In this document: positions 10,153-19,757 of the stretch, in pieces
Position numbering within the stretch: the stretch's first letter is position 1
How the letters are laid out: each line of letters starts with the position of its first letter
From: Deltaproteobacteria bacterium
Lineage (GTDB): Bacteria; Myxococcota_A; UBA9160; SMWR01
Reading direction: 5' to 3'
Assembly (NCBI GenBank): GCA_032128115.1
Contig: JAQBHB010000040.1
Location: 130,140 to 194,139, forward strand
Length of the DNA stretch: 64,000 bases
Notes under the pieces: model-generated
Seen by the model: only the letters and a program-made list of their open reading frames with translations
What the model was told of the DNA's origin: nothing
Database searches by the model: none
Position numbers and translations under genes: made by a program

Positions 10153-10923
10153 TCAGCGCCGGCGAAAGCTCTCGCGTGCCTGCGCCGTGTGCAGCGCACC
10201 GCGGAGCACGTCGCCGTCGGTCTCCGTCACGTCACCCAGGCGCCCGCGCGCGGCATACGACCGCATCTGGGTCTTGGTCATGTGGACGGCGACCTCGGGC
10301 TTCGCGGCCAGGCGGGCCACCCAGTCTTCCACGGTGGCGTCGAGGGCCTTCTCCGCCACGCATCGATGCACCAGGCCCCAGTGCTGGGCGGTGGCCGCAT
10401 CCACCCGTTCGCACATCAGGATGATCTCGCGGGCGCGTGCGGCACCCAGTTCGTGGATCAGTCGCGGCGTTCCGCCCCAGGTGAGCGGAATTCCCAGGTC
10501 GACTTCGGGTACGTGGAAGACGGTCTCGGCACTGGCGATGCGGAAATCGCAGGCCAGGGCCAGCAGCAGGCCGCCCCCGATGGCGTGGCCGTGGATGCGG
10601 GCCACGGTGACGGCGTCTACGTCCTCGATGGCTCGGCAGGCTCGGGCTCCCATCTGCGAGGCGTAACGGCGCTCTCGATCGCTGGCGGCGTTCTCGGTCG
10701 CCGCCAGGCCCGGCGGATCGCCGCGATCGGCCCCGGCGCAGAACGAGGCGCCCCGTCCGCCCAGCACCACCGTTGTGACGGCGAAGTCGGTCTGGAGGCC
10801 CGTGAACAGGGCCGTGATCTCCTCGAGGCTTCGAGTCGAAAGGGCGTTGCGCACCCGGGGACGGTTCAGCCACACGCGCAGGATCGATCCCTCGCGCTCG
10901 AGTTCCAGGGTCTCGAATTCCAT
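10153..10923 (-). CDS. Enoyl-CoA hydratase/isomerase family protein
   Basis: LNRPRVRNAL, FCAGAD, GHAIGGG, PEVDLG; start MEFETLE at 10923. Confidence 0.9.
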   Translation of the reverse strand: MEFETLELEREGSILRVWLNRPRVRNALSTRSLEEITALFTGLQTDFAVTTVVLGGRGASFCAGADRGDPPGLAATENAASDRERRYASQMGARACRAIEDVDAVTVARIHGHAIGGGLLLALACDFRIASAETVFHVPEVDLGIPLTWGGTPRLIHELGAARAREIILMCERVDAATAQHWGLVHRCVAEKALDATVEDWVARLAAKPEVAVHMTKTQMRSYAARGRLGDVTETDGDVLRGALHTAQARESFRRR

Positions 10924-10999
10924 GGCCGTCCGTGTATCACGCGGGCCGCCAGCGTGTCGAGGTCGGACCGCCGGGTAACCGTCTGCGGGCGGCTGCCGT

Positions 11000-11656
11000 A
11001 TGCTGCCCGCGAACCTCGGAGGTTCCTTGGGCCCTGTCATCAATCGGGTTTGCCTCATCCTGGGCCTGTCCGTGGGCCTCGTGCTCGTGCCCGGCTGCCC
11101 GCCGGCTGGGCCCGACCCCCTGAGCTACCAGCTCGGTCACAGCGGCGACCACTGGGACACGGTATCCGGACGCGAATTCATCCCGGAGCTGCAGGGCCGT
11201 TACCCGGAATACTTCGAGGTGATTCTCGATCCAGCGGATACCCGCGAGCCGGACCTGCGTCCCCTGCGCGACGATCTGGAGCGAAACCCCACGGACCTGC
11301 GCAGCTACGACGCGCTCCACGCGCTGGCCGTCGGCTACTTCGAGCTCAACTACCGGGGAAACTCCTCGCCGGGTGGACCCTACTACCTGGCCGACAACTT
11401 CCGGGCGGCGAAGCTGGTGGCCGTGCCCTGGCGCGCCTACGGCCAGATCGACGACGGCGCACTGCGCGATGCAATCCTCGACTTCTTCGAGGACGCCGCG
11501 TCCGGTGAGAAGCTGGCCACCGCCGCCACCGCGCCGCGGCTGGCGCGGGTGGTGGCGTCGCTCGAGGCGAAGGAGACGGATGACCCGGATCGCCGCGAAC
11601 GCATCCGGCTGCTGGCGGAACGACTCGCAGCGCTCGAGCCTGCCTCCAATCAGTAG
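11000..11656 (+). CDS. Hypothetical lipoprotein
   Basis: Hydrophobic signal ending VPG-C; GC-rich third positions. Confidence 0.65.
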   Translation: MLPANLGGSLGPVINRVCLILGLSVGLVLVPGCPPAGPDPLSYQLGHSGDHWDTVSGREFIPELQGRYPEYFEVILDPADTREPDLRPLRDDLERNPTDLRSYDALHALAVGYFELNYRGNSSPGGPYYLADNFRAAKLVAVPWRAYGQIDDGALRDAILDFFEDAASGEKLATAATAPRLARVVASLEAKETDDPDRRERIRLLAERLAALEPASNQ

Positions 11657-11683
11657 GTCATTGCCTGACGCCTAGGTCATTGC

Positions 11684-12805
11684 CTAGCGCTGCGGGTCGC
11701 CGCCCGCTGAGGGCGGGAGCGGCGGCGGCGTGGCCTGGGCCTGGAACAGGCTGGCCAGACCGGGGAGCTGGCCGGCAGCGGTCCATCCCGCCATGCCGGC
11801 GGTCCACACCAGGGTCTCGCTGCGCACACGGCCCACGGCCACCGCTTGCGCGAGCTGCGCCGGGTTGAAGGGCCCGACGCTCTGTCCGTTTTCGGCGAAG
11901 TGCCACGCCACCGGCGGCGGAGGCGGTGCCTGGGGCGACGGCCCCCCGCCGGTGCCCGGCATCATCGGCCCCGCCATGGCCATGCCCATACCCAGACCCA
12001 CTCCGGCGCCCGCCAGTCCACCGGCCGGGTTTGCGGCCGCCACGGGCATGGCCTGACCCAGCTGGTAGCTCTGGAAGGCATTCATGTCGCCGATGACTCC
12101 CATGCTGGTGCGCGTGTCGAGCGCCTGCTCCACCTCCGCAGGAACCGAGATGTTCACGATGTAGAGCTGCGGAATCTCGATGCCGTACTCGTCGTCCACG
12201 CGCTCGACGACCATGCGACGCAGATCTTCCGAGAGCTGCTGGTAATTCGAGGCGAGGTCGAGCACGGCGATCTCCGACTTGGCCACGACATCGGCGAAGC
12301 CCGAATTGATCACGGCGCGAAGCAGCTCGGTGATCTCCTCAGCGTCGAACTGCGAGTCGGCCCCCACCAGCTCCTCGAGAAGGGTCTTGGGATTGCTCGC
12401 CTTGAGCGTGTAGGTGCCGAAAGCGCGCACCCGGATCGGACCGAAGTCCGGGTCGCGCATCATCACGGGGTTGGGTGTGCCCCACTTGAGATCCGTGATC
12501 TGGCGCGTGGAAACGAAATACACCTCGGCCATGAACGGGCTGTCGAAACCGTACTTCCATCCGGCCAGGGTACTCAGGACGGGCAGGTTGCGGGTCTCCA
12601 GCCGGTATTGACCGGGCTCGAAGACGTCGGCCACCCTTCCCTGGTGCACGAATACCGCGGACTGTCCGGGACGTACGATGAGTTGGGCACCGAACTTGAT
12701 CTGGTTGTGATAGCGGGGAAAGCGCCAGACGATGGTGTGGCGGCTGTCGTCCACCCACTCCACGATGTCGATGAGCTCGGCTCGAAGCTTCTGGATCAGG
12801 GTCAT
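11684..12805 (-). CDS. SPFH (YdjI-type) protein with C-terminal GYF_2 domain
   Basis: IVWRFPRY..QIKFGAQLIVR, KWGTPNP; C-terminal WHFAENGQSVGPF...LVWTAGMAGW. Confidence 0.85.
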   Translation of the reverse strand: MTLIQKLRAELIDIVEWVDDSRHTIVWRFPRYHNQIKFGAQLIVRPGQSAVFVHQGRVADVFEPGQYRLETRNLPVLSTLAGWKYGFDSPFMAEVYFVSTRQITDLKWGTPNPVMMRDPDFGPIRVRAFGTYTLKASNPKTLLEELVGADSQFDAEEITELLRAVINSGFADVVAKSEIAVLDLASNYQQLSEDLRRMVVERVDDEYGIEIPQLYIVNISVPAEVEQALDTRTSMGVIGDMNAFQSYQLGQAMPVAAANPAGGLAGAGVGLGMGMAMAGPMMPGTGGGPSPQAPPPPPVAWHFAENGQSVGPFNPAQLAQAVAVGRVRSETLVWTAGMAGWTAAGQLPGLASLFQAQATPPPLPPSAGGDPQR

Positions 12806-12839
12806 GGTTTTTCTCCCTGCGGACCGGAGTCCGCTCGAA

Positions 12840-13709
12840 CTAGAGGATTCTGAAAAGGCCCCGCAGGATGTCGAGGAGACCCCCGGAGAAGCCGTCCCCG
12901 AAATCCCAACCCGATGCGTGTCGATGCTGGGCCTCTGCCCGTGCGAATCCCTGGTGGGCCCGGGTCTCGGCCGCGCTTCGCGGCTCGTGGTGGAGCAGGG
13001 GCGATGTCCCGCCCCCGCTCAGGATGAACCCCGCGATCTGCTCGAGCTCGTCTGCGTCGAGCCAGGTGCCGTGCTCGTTGCAGCAATCGATGATCACGCC
13101 CGAGGATCTGCGGAAGTTTCGGCGCAGCATGAAGGCCTCGCACTCGGGGCATTTGCGGTATTCGACGCGCTGCGCGGCCGGATTGGCGCCGGTGGTCCGG
13201 GGCTTGAACTTCAACAACTCTGCCGGGTCCGCGTGGCTGCGGGCCTCGATGGCCTTGCTGAGCAGCAGGTCGAAGCTCTCGCCAGGCACCCAGAGACCGT
13301 TGCAGGTGCCGCACTCGTTGATGCCGACCCCGCCCACCTGGCGCGGCGGCATCAGCACGCTGCAAACCGGGCACGGGATCTCGTGTCCGTCGATTCGCAC
13401 CGCCTCGGGGCGGAAGCAGACACCGCAGGCCGTACAGAAGCGCGACTCTTCGGCGTTGCGGGCGAAGCATTCGGGACAGATGAGGCTCAGTTGGCTCGCG
13501 TCGTGAACGATGGCCGAGCCGCAGAACGAGCAGGACTCGGCGTCGCCGGTCACCAGGGCGCCGCAGGCGCCGCAGCGCTGCACCTGGGCGTCGACTGGGT
13601 CGTGGCGCCGATTCTCCAGCGTCTCCCCGCAGCGGCAGGCGATGGTCTTGGCGATCACCTCGGAGACGTCGTATTGGGTGTGGCAGGTGGGGCAGGCGAT
13701 CAGTCGCAT
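12840..13709 (-). CDS. Multi zinc-ribbon protein (double zinc ribbon plus two zf-TFIIB-like domains)
   Basis: About 10 Cys pairs; C..C.GLW..GE and HGTWLDADEL motifs. Confidence 0.8.
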   Translation of the reverse strand: MRLIACPTCHTQYDVSEVIAKTIACRCGETLENRRHDPVDAQVQRCGACGALVTGDAESCSFCGSAIVHDASQLSLICPECFARNAEESRFCTACGVCFRPEAVRIDGHEIPCPVCSVLMPPRQVGGVGINECGTCNGLWVPGESFDLLLSKAIEARSHADPAELLKFKPRTTGANPAAQRVEYRKCPECEAFMLRRNFRRSSGVIIDCCNEHGTWLDADELEQIAGFILSGGGTSPLLHHEPRSAAETRAHQGFARAEAQHRHASGWDFGDGFSGGLLDILRGLFRIL

Positions 13710-13803
13710 GCGGCGGAACCTCCCCCCCCCGTGTTCAGGGCCGGGGAGGCACCGGGGGATCATCGGGCGGTCCGGGGCGCGACTTGATGCGGGCCTCTCG
13801 GGT

Positions 13804-15135
13804 TCAGGGGTCGAGGGCGTGGATGCTGTCCGACTCGACGACGGCGGCGTAGGCCGCCCGGATGCGTCGGCGCGTTGCGGCGATCCGCTCCAGCAGATCG
13901 GGCCCGCTCTGCCCGCGTTCTACCAGCTCGGCTACCGCCGGAAGCATGTCGCTGCGCAGATCGAGGGTCTCCAGGGGGCGCCCCCCCACCCAGCGGGTGC
14001 GGGCTTCCACGATCCGCAGCAGTCGCTGGTCGGCCAGCAGGCGGTCTACTCCGGGGCCGGGCGAGGCGGCCCTCAGCATGGCGGCGACACTCGGGTAGGC
14101 AGGAAAGGCTCCGGGCCCGCGCTCGAGCAGGGCGCCGCCGGCCAGGAAGTCCACATCCATCAGGCCCCCGGCTCCGGTCTTGAAGTCCACTTGCTCGGGT
14201 GAGACGCTGGCGCGTTCCGCAACCACGCGCTCGCGAAGCTCCGCCAGGTATTTCCAGGCGCGCCGCGGGTGGGCAAGCACCTGGCTGCGGGCGCTCGCCA
14301 GCACCGCCTGACCGGTTTCCAGGGCACCTGCGATGGCGCGGCCGCGGAGCAGCGCCACGTGCTCCCAGATCTCGGCGGTTTCCACCTCGTAATGCTCGAA
14401 GCTCTCGAACGAGGTGACGAGCGTTCCCTGCTGCCCGGACGGGCGCAGCCGGGTGTCCACGGGATACGCGACACCCGCCCCGGTCATGGTGGTGAGATAG
14501 GAGATCAGGCGCTGGCCCAGCCGGGACGCGGCGTCGATCCGATCGACGCCGCCCTGGTACAGGAAGATCAGATCCAGGTCCGAGTGGTACGTGAACTCGC
14601 GACCGGCCAGCTTCCCCATGGCCAGCACTGCGAAGCCCGAATCCGGCGCCGGGGCCGAGATCTGGGCCAGATCGAGGGCCCGGCGCGTGATGGTCTCGGC
14701 CAGCACCGACAGGAAGTCGGAAACCCGCTCGAAGGGCACGAGCCCGCCCAGGTCGAGGCAGGCCGCCAGGCAGGTCTCCTCGCGGCGCAGCACGCGCAGG
14801 GCGTCGAGGTTGCCCTCCAGGTCGCCCGGCGCCGCAGCGCGGTTCGTGTCGATGTCGGCCCCGGTCGCGAGTTCGCGTGCGCGGGACGCGAGCGTGTCGG
14901 GGCCGGATTCGGCGATGCGTTCCAGCAGGGCGGGCCGGAAGCTCAAGAATCCGGACATCTCCGGCTGGGTAGCCAGCACCCGGGCCAGGCCCGAAAGCAC
15001 CGGGCCCTCCAGGCGCGCGGCGGCGGCGTCGCCGGATCGCCGTTCGATCACCGGCGCCGCCGAAACGGTCAGACGCTCCAGGAGCGCGTTGTTCGCGAGT
15101 GCGGCCTCCAGGCGCTTCGCCAGGGATCGGCTCAC
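13804..15135 (-). CDS. glnE: Glutamine synthetase adenylyltransferase, C-terminal (adenylylating) half
   Basis: MGKLAGREFTYHSDLD, VDTRLRPSG, WEHVALLR, DFKTGAGGLMDVDF; GTG start overlaps the upstream TGA. Confidence 0.85.
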   Translation of the reverse strand: MSRSLAKRLEAALANNALLERLTVSAAPVIERRSGDAAAARLEGPVLSGLARVLATQPEMSGFLSFRPALLERIAESGPDTLASRARELATGADIDTNRAAAPGDLEGNLDALRVLRREETCLAACLDLGGLVPFERVSDFLSVLAETITRRALDLAQISAPAPDSGFAVLAMGKLAGREFTYHSDLDLIFLYQGGVDRIDAASRLGQRLISYLTTMTGAGVAYPVDTRLRPSGQQGTLVTSFESFEHYEVETAEIWEHVALLRGRAIAGALETGQAVLASARSQVLAHPRRAWKYLAELRERVVAERASVSPEQVDFKTGAGGLMDVDFLAGGALLERGPGAFPAYPSVAAMLRAASPGPGVDRLLADQRLLRIVEARTRWVGGRPLETLDLRSDMLPAVAELVERGQSGPDLLERIAATRRRIRAAYAAVVESDSIHALDP

Positions 15136-16568
15136 TCGGGATCCTCGAGCACCAGGGCTTCGAAGTGGGTGCGTACCTCGTTGCGGGCGGCTGTCCAGTC
15201 TTCCAGCAGGCGGTCGCGGGCGCGTTCGCCCTGGGCGTCCGCATATCCCAGACGCCGCGCCAGGGCGATCTGGACCTGGCGATTGCGCGGGAATGCGGCG
15301 GTCTGCTGCTCCTCGGGAAGCTGCACCGCGTGTTCGGCGCGGCGCAACCACAGATAGGCGTTCGACAGGGCGAAGGCCACGTCGGCGGGAAGCTGTCCGC
15401 CTCGCGCCAACGCTGCCAGGGCGTCGAAGACGTTTCCGGTTCGCAGCTGCGGGTGGCGGCCGCCGTAGAAGAGCTGCAGCGATTGGGTCAGGAATTCCAC
15501 GTCGCGGATGCCGCCGGGGCCCTCCTTCAGGTCGGCCTCCAGATCGCGGCCGGCCTGCCGTCGCTCCAGCTCGATGCGGTCTTTCATGGCGCGCACGTTG
15601 CGCATGACGCCTGGATCGATGGAAGTGCGGTAGACGAATGGCGCGATGGCGTCGGCGAACGCCCGGGCGTCTGCGGTCGGACCCGCCACGGGCCGCAGCC
15701 GGATCAGCATCTGACGCTCCCACTCGGCGCCGAAGCTGGCGTAGTAGTCGAGCGCGGCATCCACGGGAACGGCCAGCGCGCCCGAGTGTCCCTCGGGACG
15801 CAGCTCCAGGTCGACGCGATATGCGAAACCTTCCGGGGTCGGGGCCTCCATTCGCGTCTTGAGGTGGGAGACCAGGCGCCCGATCGCCCGGTTCTGTTCC
15901 AGGGGATCGTCCAGGTCCAGGTCGTCGTAGACGAACAGCAGATCCACGTCCGACGAGAAGTTGAGTTCGCGGCCTCCGAGCTTGCCCAGGGCCAGGAGCG
16001 CCGGTGTGCGGGCTCCGGTTTCGCGGGCGGCGCACTCCAACGCGGCCACCAGACAGCGATCCGCCAGGTCCGAGAGCTCGCGCAGGCTGTCGCTGAAGGC
16101 GCGCCCGGTCAGATCCCGGGCCGCGATCCGAAGCAGCGCGCGATACTTTGCCAGGCGGATCGCGCTCCAGTCCGCCTCCACCGGGTCGTCAGCCGGCGGC
16201 GCCGGCGTTTTTCCGTCCAGGAGTTCGACCCAGTCCGGGTTCCGCAGGAGCAGGCGCGTCAGGAAGTTGCTGGAACCGAGTACCACCGGAAGTACGGGGC
16301 AGCCCACGAGATCCAGGGGCGGCGCGCCCGACTCCCTTCGGCGTTGCGCCAGGTCGGCCAACGCCTGGGCCCCGAAGCCGGGACGCGCCGTGGCGAGCAG
16401 GCTTGGAACCCAGTGGGGCAGGGCGTCCGCCAGGTCCGGGTCCCGGGCGGCGCGCAGGAAGGCGTCGGCCGCGCCCTTGGGATCGGGTTCGCCCAGGATC
16501 TGCAGGCTCTCGGGATCGGGTTCGGACCGCTCCAGGCGGGACCGGAAGGCTTGGGCCAGCGCGTGCAT
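15132..16568 (-). CDS. glnE: Glutamine synthetase adenylyltransferase, N-terminal (adenylyl-removing) half
   Basis: LGKLGGRELNFSSDVD, YRVDLELRPEG, WERQ, DLKEGPGGIRDVEF..Q.LQL..GG. Confidence 0.85.
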   Translation of the reverse strand: MHALAQAFRSRLERSEPDPESLQILGEPDPKGAADAFLRAARDPDLADALPHWVPSLLATARPGFGAQALADLAQRRRESGAPPLDLVGCPVLPVVLGSSNFLTRLLLRNPDWVELLDGKTPAPPADDPVEADWSAIRLAKYRALLRIAARDLTGRAFSDSLRELSDLADRCLVAALECAARETGARTPALLALGKLGGRELNFSSDVDLLFVYDDLDLDDPLEQNRAIGRLVSHLKTRMEAPTPEGFAYRVDLELRPEGHSGALAVPVDAALDYYASFGAEWERQMLIRLRPVAGPTADARAFADAIAPFVYRTSIDPGVMRNVRAMKDRIELERRQAGRDLEADLKEGPGGIRDVEFLTQSLQLFYGGRHPQLRTGNVFDALAALARGGQLPADVAFALSNAYLWLRRAEHAVQLPEEQQTAAFPRNRQVQIALARRLGYADAQGERARDRLLEDWTAARNEVRTHFEALVLEDPE

Positions 16569-16602
16569 GGGCCGACCTAGGGTAGACGCTCCGCGATCGA
16601 AG

Positions 16603-17733
16603 TCAGGAGTCGTCGATCAGGCGCCGCAGCGAGTCCAGGTTCGCCCGCACGTCCGGGGGTACGAAGGAGCCCTGGCTTCCCGTGTAGCCGGAGATCACGA
16701 ATTCTTCCAGCAGCTCGTACGCGGCCTCGGCATGCGGGCCCGCGGGATCGAGCCGGATGGCCGTCTCCAGGTAGAACTCGGTTTGCGAGAGCCAGAACGA
16801 ACGTCCCACCCGCGACTCGATCAGACCCAGCAGGGCGTAGGCCTCGGCCCGCTCGGAATCGCTGCGGAGCGGCGGAGCGGCCACGAAGCGGTGCAGCAGA
16901 CTCGATGCCGCCACGTATTCCACCAGGGCGTTGCGATCATCGGGAAATCGTTTGCGATCCTCGGCGCCATCCAGGAGCGCTCGGGCCACGGCGATGTCCG
17001 GTTCCGGGAGGCCGCGTTTCTCGAGCCGGTGAAGCGATTCGATCCAGGCGCCCAGATGGGTGCGCAGGGGGCGCGACACGTCGGACCGCTTGGCGACCTT
17101 CTCGAAGACGCGAGCGGGCCGCTCGGGATCGCGTTTGGTCCGGAGACACAGCTCCAGGTAGCCGTCGAAGTGGCCCAGCAGATCGAGCTCGACGGGCGAG
17201 ACCTCCGGCGACAGGAAGAGCGTTTCGTAGCTCTCGAGTGCGGGTTCGAACTGGCGAGTGGCCACTTCCAGGATCAGGCGCTCTTCCGGAGGCAGTCCGG
17301 CGATTGCGGACGACTCGACGAACTCGCGCCCGCGCGGGTAGTCGCGATCCTTGGGTAGCCGCGAGTGGCACTCGACGCAGTTGTCCACCAGGCGATGGAG
17401 CAGGAATCGGGCCTGGGAGATCTCCCCCAACGCGAACCGCGCACGGGCCTCGGCGGTGTCGCGGGCAAGGGAGCGGCTGAGGAACACGAAGCTGGCTTCG
17501 CGCTGGCGGCCGTGGTCTTTCAGGCGCGCCCCGTTCTCGGCCAGGGTGGTGAGCGCGGCCAGGATCGCCTCGCGCTGGGCGGGATTTGCGAACTCCTCTT
17601 CGCTCAGGCTCAGGGGCAGCAGGAAGCGCACGGTCTCGAAGATCTCGCCCATGTTGGCGCGCGTTTCCCGGTCGCCAGCTGCGGGCGCTGCCCAGAGCAG
17701 GACGAAGACGAACGCGGCGAGGCGCCTGGCCAT
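16603..17733 (-). CDS. Exported monoheme c-type cytochrome with a helical/TPR-like C-terminus
   Basis: Signal peptide MARRLAAFVFVLLWAAPAAG; one CVECH at about residue 119-123. Confidence 0.7.
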   Translation of the reverse strand: MARRLAAFVFVLLWAAPAAGDRETRANMGEIFETVRFLLPLSLSEEEFANPAQREAILAALTTLAENGARLKDHGRQREASFVFLSRSLARDTAEARARFALGEISQARFLLHRLVDNCVECHSRLPKDRDYPRGREFVESSAIAGLPPEERLILEVATRQFEPALESYETLFLSPEVSPVELDLLGHFDGYLELCLRTKRDPERPARVFEKVAKRSDVSRPLRTHLGAWIESLHRLEKRGLPEPDIAVARALLDGAEDRKRFPDDRNALVEYVAASSLLHRFVAAPPLRSDSERAEAYALLGLIESRVGRSFWLSQTEFYLETAIRLDPAGPHAEAAYELLEEFVISGYTGSQGSFVPPDVRANLDSLRRLIDDS

Positions 17734-17774
17734 CGGATTCACGCACACCCTCCGGTTTTCGGTTCTCCCGACTC

Positions 17775-17790
17775 CGCAGGATCTGTGCCA
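17775..17790 (-). promoter_or_regulatory. sigma54 -24/-12 promoter of the cytochrome gene
   Basis: TGGCACAGATCCTGCG (GG-N10-GC). Confidence 0.7.
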
Positions 17791-17905
17791 ACGATGCGCC
17801 GGTGTGGCGGCGCGCGGGTCGGTGAGGTGGGGAATGCTGGTGCATGTCGGGGCCAATTGCTACAGACCAGCTCTCGCCGGGGCATGAGCGAACCGTTTCG
17901 GTTTC

Positions 17906-17921
17906 TGGCACCGTTCGTGCA
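17906..17921 (+). promoter_or_regulatory. sigma54 promoter of the USP gene
   Basis: TGGCACCGTTCGTGCA. Confidence 0.75.
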
Positions 17922-17954
17922 CCGTCGAGGGAGCGGTGGATCAAGGGGGAAGTG

Positions 17955-18401
17955 ATGCAACCGATTCGAAAGATCCTGGTCGCGGTCGACTTCTCCGAGC
18001 ACTCGGAGCTGGTGGTCGATGCCGCCCTCGAGATGGCCCGGAAGTTCGGGGCCGAGTTGGACGTGGTGCATGCCATCCACCTCCCGGTTCCCGTGGCCGT
18101 GCCCTACGGCATCACCATGCCCACCACCTACCTGAACGAGGCGCGCAAGGCTGCGGGGCAGAGGCTTCAGGCCGTGGCAGACCGGATCCGGGAGCAGGGA
18201 ATCACGGGAGGGGCCCACTTGCGCGAGGTGCCCGCCGCGCCCTCGATCGTGGAGACGGCCGAGGAGATCGGGGCGGATCTGATCGTGATGGGAACCCACG
18301 GCCACACGGGCCTGAAACACGTGGTGCTTGGCAGCGTGGCCGAGCGGACCCTGCGCACGGCGCCCTGCTCGGTCCTGACGGTGAAGGGACCGCGCGGCTG
18401 A
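17955..18401 (+). CDS. Universal stress protein
   Basis: [33 protein letters not shown]. Confidence 0.93.
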   Translation: MQPIRKILVAVDFSEHSELVVDAALEMARKFGAELDVVHAIHLPVPVAVPYGITMPTTYLNEARKAAGQRLQAVADRIREQGITGGAHLREVPAAPSIVETAEEIGADLIVMGTHGHTGLKHVVLGSVAERTLRTAPCSVLTVKGPRG

Positions 18402-18430
18402 GCGCGACTCCAGGGCTCGTGGCGGCGGCG

Positions 18431-18712
18431 TCAGGGTTCGTCGCGGTCATGAAGCAGCTGGCGCAGTGCCTCCTGGGTGCGACTCTGGAGCGCGATCAGG
18501 CGGCCTCGCAGTCGCAGCACCACCTGGACTCCGGCCGCGTTCACGCCCAGTTCGCGCACCAGATGCACGGCCACGCGCAGTTCTTCGCACTCGACGGCGC
18601 TCAGCTCGTCCGATTCGAACAGGCCCTCGGCGCGCAGCAGCCGCAGGACCTCGCGGTCGTCCACGCCCAGGAAGCGAAGCACCTCCTCGATGCGCACGGG
18701 GCCCGTCATCAC
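18431..18712 (-). CDS. cbpM: Chaperone modulator CbpM-like (MerR-like) protein
   Basis: L.RELGVNAAGV.V.L motif; coupled to the upstream DnaJ-class gene. Confidence 0.7.
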   Translation of the reverse strand: MMTGPVRIEEVLRFLGVDDREVLRLLRAEGLFESDELSAVECEELRVAVHLVRELGVNAAGVQVVLRLRGRLIALQSRTQEALRQLLHDRDEP

Positions 18713-19671
18713 CGCAGGTCCTTGCGGAGGTCTTCCGGATCCAGCTCCGCCAGCTCCCGGAATTTGGCCCGAGCCTCGTCGGTAAGCGTTCGCGGCACCC
18801 GGATCTGGACCGTTACCAGCAGATCGCCGGGAGGGCCGCCCGCCGGATCGGGCACGCCTTTGCCGCGCAGACGCAGGACCTGACCGCTGTCGGTGCTCTC
18901 GGGCACCGTGACCGTGGCGCGTCCCGAAAGGGTGGGCACCTCGATCTGCGCGCCCAGGACTGCTTCGCTGACTCCGATGGGGATCGTCGCATGCAGGTTG
19001 CGGCCTTCGCGCCGGAAGACCGGGTGGGGTCGCACGCGCACCGTCAGGTACAGGTCGCCAGGGCGGCCGTTGGCGCTCTCCGCCCCCTTGCCCGCCAGGC
19101 GGATTCGCCCCCCGTCGGCGACACCGGCCGGGATCCGTACGCTGAGCCGTTGCGAGCGGACGCTGCCGTCTGCCGCCGGCCGGGAGAAGCTGATCGGGTG
19201 CTCACCGCCGCGGGCGGCGTCCAGGAAGTCGAGCTCCAGGCTCGCCTCCAGGTCGGCGCCGCGCCGTACGCGCTCGCGGCCTTCCCGCCGTGTGAACAGG
19301 CGTCCGAACATGTCGTCCAGGTCGCCGAACGAGAATTCTCCGCCAGGGCCGAAGTGGGAGGCGGCGTCCCCGTCTGTGCCGAAACGCGCGCCAAAGCTTT
19401 CTCTCGCGCGGCGCGCGGCTTCCGGGTCGAAGCCCGATTCCAGCGAGATCTGGCCGAACTCGTCGTAGTTGCGTCGTTTCCCCGCATCCGACAACACGGA
19501 GTAGGCGGCCGAGATCTCCTTGAAGCGCTCCTCGGCGGCGTCGTCGCCCGGGTTCACGTCCGGGTGGAACTTGCGCGCAAGCACGCGATAGGCCTTGCGG
19601 ATGGCGTCGGCGTCGGCGCTTCGGTCGACACCGAGTGTCGCGTAGAGATCTTGATCGGGGCGATCGCTCAT
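18709..19671 (-). CDS. cbpA: DnaJ class B chaperone (CbpA-like)
   Basis: J domain with HPD, G/F region, no zinc finger, DnaJ C-terminal domain; start MSDRPDQDLY. Confidence 0.85.
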   Translation of the reverse strand: MSDRPDQDLYATLGVDRSADADAIRKAYRVLARKFHPDVNPGDDAAEERFKEISAAYSVLSDAGKRRNYDEFGQISLESGFDPEAARRARESFGARFGTDGDAASHFGPGGEFSFGDLDDMFGRLFTRREGRERVRRGADLEASLELDFLDAARGGEHPISFSRPAADGSVRSQRLSVRIPAGVADGGRIRLAGKGAESANGRPGDLYLTVRVRPHPVFRREGRNLHATIPIGVSEAVLGAQIEVPTLSGRATVTVPESTDSGQVLRLRGKGVPDPAGGPPGDLLVTVQIRVPRTLTDEARAKFRELAELDPEDLRKDLR

Positions 19672-19757
19672 GTTCCGACTCCGCCTATGAGTAGCGAATC
19701 GACCACCCGTTTGGCGCGGGCCTCGGCCTCCGTCATGCTTCGAACGGGAGCGCATGC

